The position numbers and the translations under genes were made by a program. DNA of 64,000 bases from Haliotis rufescens (taxonomy: Eukaryota), in NCBI RefSeq assembly GCF_023055435.1, contig NW_025963779.1:47802001-47866000 (forward strand), given 5' to 3'. The notes beneath the pieces are model-generated. The model had not been told where the DNA came from and made no database searches. It saw nothing but the letters and a program-made list of their open reading frames with translations. Positions 61,700-64,000 of this stretch are shown here, piece by piece; position 1 is the first letter of the stretch, and the number at the start of each line of letters is the position of its first letter.

Positions 61700-64000
61700 G
61701 ATCTGGTCAGTGATGTAAGATCCGGGTAGAGATATAGGATCTGGTCACTGATGTAGGATCTGGTCAGTGATGTAAGATCCGGGTAGAGATATAGGATCTG
61801 GTCAGTGATATAGGATCTGATCAGTGATGTAAGATCCGGGTAGAGATATAGGATCTGGTCAGTGATATAGAATCTGGTCAGTGATGTAGGATCCGGGTAG
61901 AGATATAGGATCTAGTCAGTGATGTAGGATCTGGTCAGTGATGTATGATCCCGGTAGAGATATAGGATCTGGTCAGAGATATAGGATCTGGTCAGTGATA
62001 TAGAATCTGGTCAGTGATGTAGGATCTGGTCAGTGATGTAAGATCCAGGTAGAGATATAGGATCTGGTCAGAGATATAGGATCTGGTCAGTGATGTAAGA
62101 TCCAGGTAGAGATATAGGATCTGGTCAGTGATGTAGGATCTGGTCAGTGATGTATGATCCGGGTAGAGATATAGGATCTGGTCAGTGATGTAGGATCTGG
62201 TCAGTGATGTATGATCCGGGTAGAGATATAGGATCTGGTCAGAGATATAGGATCTGGTCAGTGATGTAAAATCCGGGTAGAGATATAGGATCTGGTCAGT
62301 GATATAGAATCTGGTCAGAGATATAGGATCTGGTCAGTGATGTAGAATCTGGTCAGGGATATAGGATCTGGTCAGTGATGTAGGATCCGGGTAGAGATAT
62401 AGGGTCTGGTCAGTGATGTAAGATCCGGGTAGAGATATGGGATCTGGTCAGTGATGTAGGATGTGGTCAGTGATATAGAATCTGGTCAGAGATATAGGAT
62501 CTAGTCAGTGATGTAGAATCTGGTCAGAGAAATAGGATCTGGTCAGTGATGTAGGATCCGAGTAGAGATATAGGATCTGGTCAGTGATATAGGATCCGGG
62601 TAGAGATATAGGATCTGGTCACTGATGTAGGATCTGGTCACTGATGTAGGATCTGGTCAGTGATGTAGGATCTGGTCAGAGATATAGGATCTAGTCAGTG
62701 ATGTAGAATCTGGTCAGAGAAATAGGATCTGGTCAGTGATGTAGGATCCGAGTAGAGATATAGGATCTGGTCAGTGATATAGGATCCGGGTAGAGATATA
62801 GGATCTGGTCACTGATGTAGGATCTGGTCACTGATGTAGGATCTGGTCAGTGATGTAGGATCTGGTCAGTGATATAGGATCTGGTCAGTGATATAGGGTC
62901 CGGGTAGAGATATAGGATCTGGTCAGTGATGTAGGATCCGGATAGAGATATAGGATCTGGTCACTGATGTAGAATCTGGTCAGTGATATAGGATCTGGTC
63001 AGAGATAAAGGATGTGGTCAGATATGTAGGATCTGGTCAGTGATACAGGATCTGGTCGGTGATGTAGGATCCGGGTAGAGATATATGATCTGGTCAGTGA
63101 CATAGGATCTGGTCACTGATGTAGGATCTGGTCAGTGATATAGGATCTGGTCAGAGATAAAGGATGTGGTCAGATATGTAGGATCTGGTCAGTGATACAG
63201 GATCTGGTCGGTGATGTAGGATCCGGGTAGAGATATATGATCTGGTCAGTGATGTAGGATCCGGGTAGAGATATAGGATCTTGTCAGTGATGTAGGATCT
63301 GGTCAGTGATATAGAATCTGGTCAGTGATGTATGATCCGGGTAGAGATATAGGATCTGGTCAGTGATGTAGGATCTGGTCAGTGATGTAGGATCCGGGTA
63401 GAGATATGGGATCTGGTCGGTGATGTAGGATCCGGATAGAGATATAGGATCTTCAGTGATGTAGAATCTGGTCAGTGATGTATGATCCGGGTAAAGATAA
63501 AGGATCTGGTCAGTGATGTAGGATCTGGTCAGTGATGTAGGATCCGGGTAGAGATATGGGATCTGGTCAGTGATGTAGGATCCGGATAGAGATATAGGAT
63601 CTGGTCAGTGATGTAGGATCCGGATAGAGATATGGGATCTGGTCGGTGATGTAGGATCCGGATAGAGATATAGGATCTGGTCACTGATGTAGAATCTGGT
63701 CAGTGATGTATGATCCGGGTAGAGATATAGGATCTGGTCACTGATGTAGGATCTGGTCTGTGATATAGGATCTGGTCAGTGATGTAGGATCCGGGTAGAG
63801 ATATAGGATCTGGTCAGTGACATAGGATCTGGTCAGTGATGAAGGATCTGGTCAGTGATGTAGGATCTGTTCAGAGTTAAAGGATCTGTTCAGAGATATA
63901 TGATCTGGTCAGTGATGTAGAATCTGGTCAGAGATAGAGGATCTGGTCAGTGATGTAGGATCCGGGTGGGGATATAGGATCTGGTCAGTGATGTAAGATC
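61700..64000. repeat. 19-bp satellite with two monomer types (GATCTGGTCAGTGATGTAG / GATCCGGGTAGAGATATAG), runs off the window end
   Basis: 19-bp period seen directly. Confidence 0.96.

Noticed and set aside
1-64000. Tandem arrays as CRISPR-like repeat-spacer systems
   Set aside because: Units are contiguous with no unique spacers, no cas genes are present, and the context is eukaryotic.

Overview
Repeat-dense, AT-rich animal genomic DNA from a gapped assembly with three N-gaps. It is probably a gastropod mollusc such as an abalone (an inference from a SINE I recognise). No host protein-coding or RNA gene can be supported. Most of the ORF track is artefact from tandem arrays with units of 35, 57/55, 41, 42, 39/36/30 and 19 bp. 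Three well-preserved retroelements each sit inside a different tandem array. (1) A 5'-truncated RTE-X-like LINE (2271-4752, 13-bp TSD) has lost its RT catalytic core. (2) A chromodomain-bearing Ty3/Gypsy element A (15191-~27035) has two LTRs that differ by a precise 1362-bp GT...AG segment flanked by 60-bp direct repeats, and a second PBS plus leader follows its 3' LTR. (3) A nearly intact Ty3/Gypsy element B (41463-50509) has 948-bp LTRs, an ATAG TSD, a PNMA-like gag and a UUUAAAC -1 frameshift site; its LTRs carry two canonical intron-like segments. Older relics include a SCAN-type (Gmr1-like) Gypsy with nested insertions, a Tc1/mariner transposase, SINEs and MITEs. The most unusual signals are the apparent intron-containing or spliced LTRs in both Gypsy families and the systematic nesting of retroelements in satellites.
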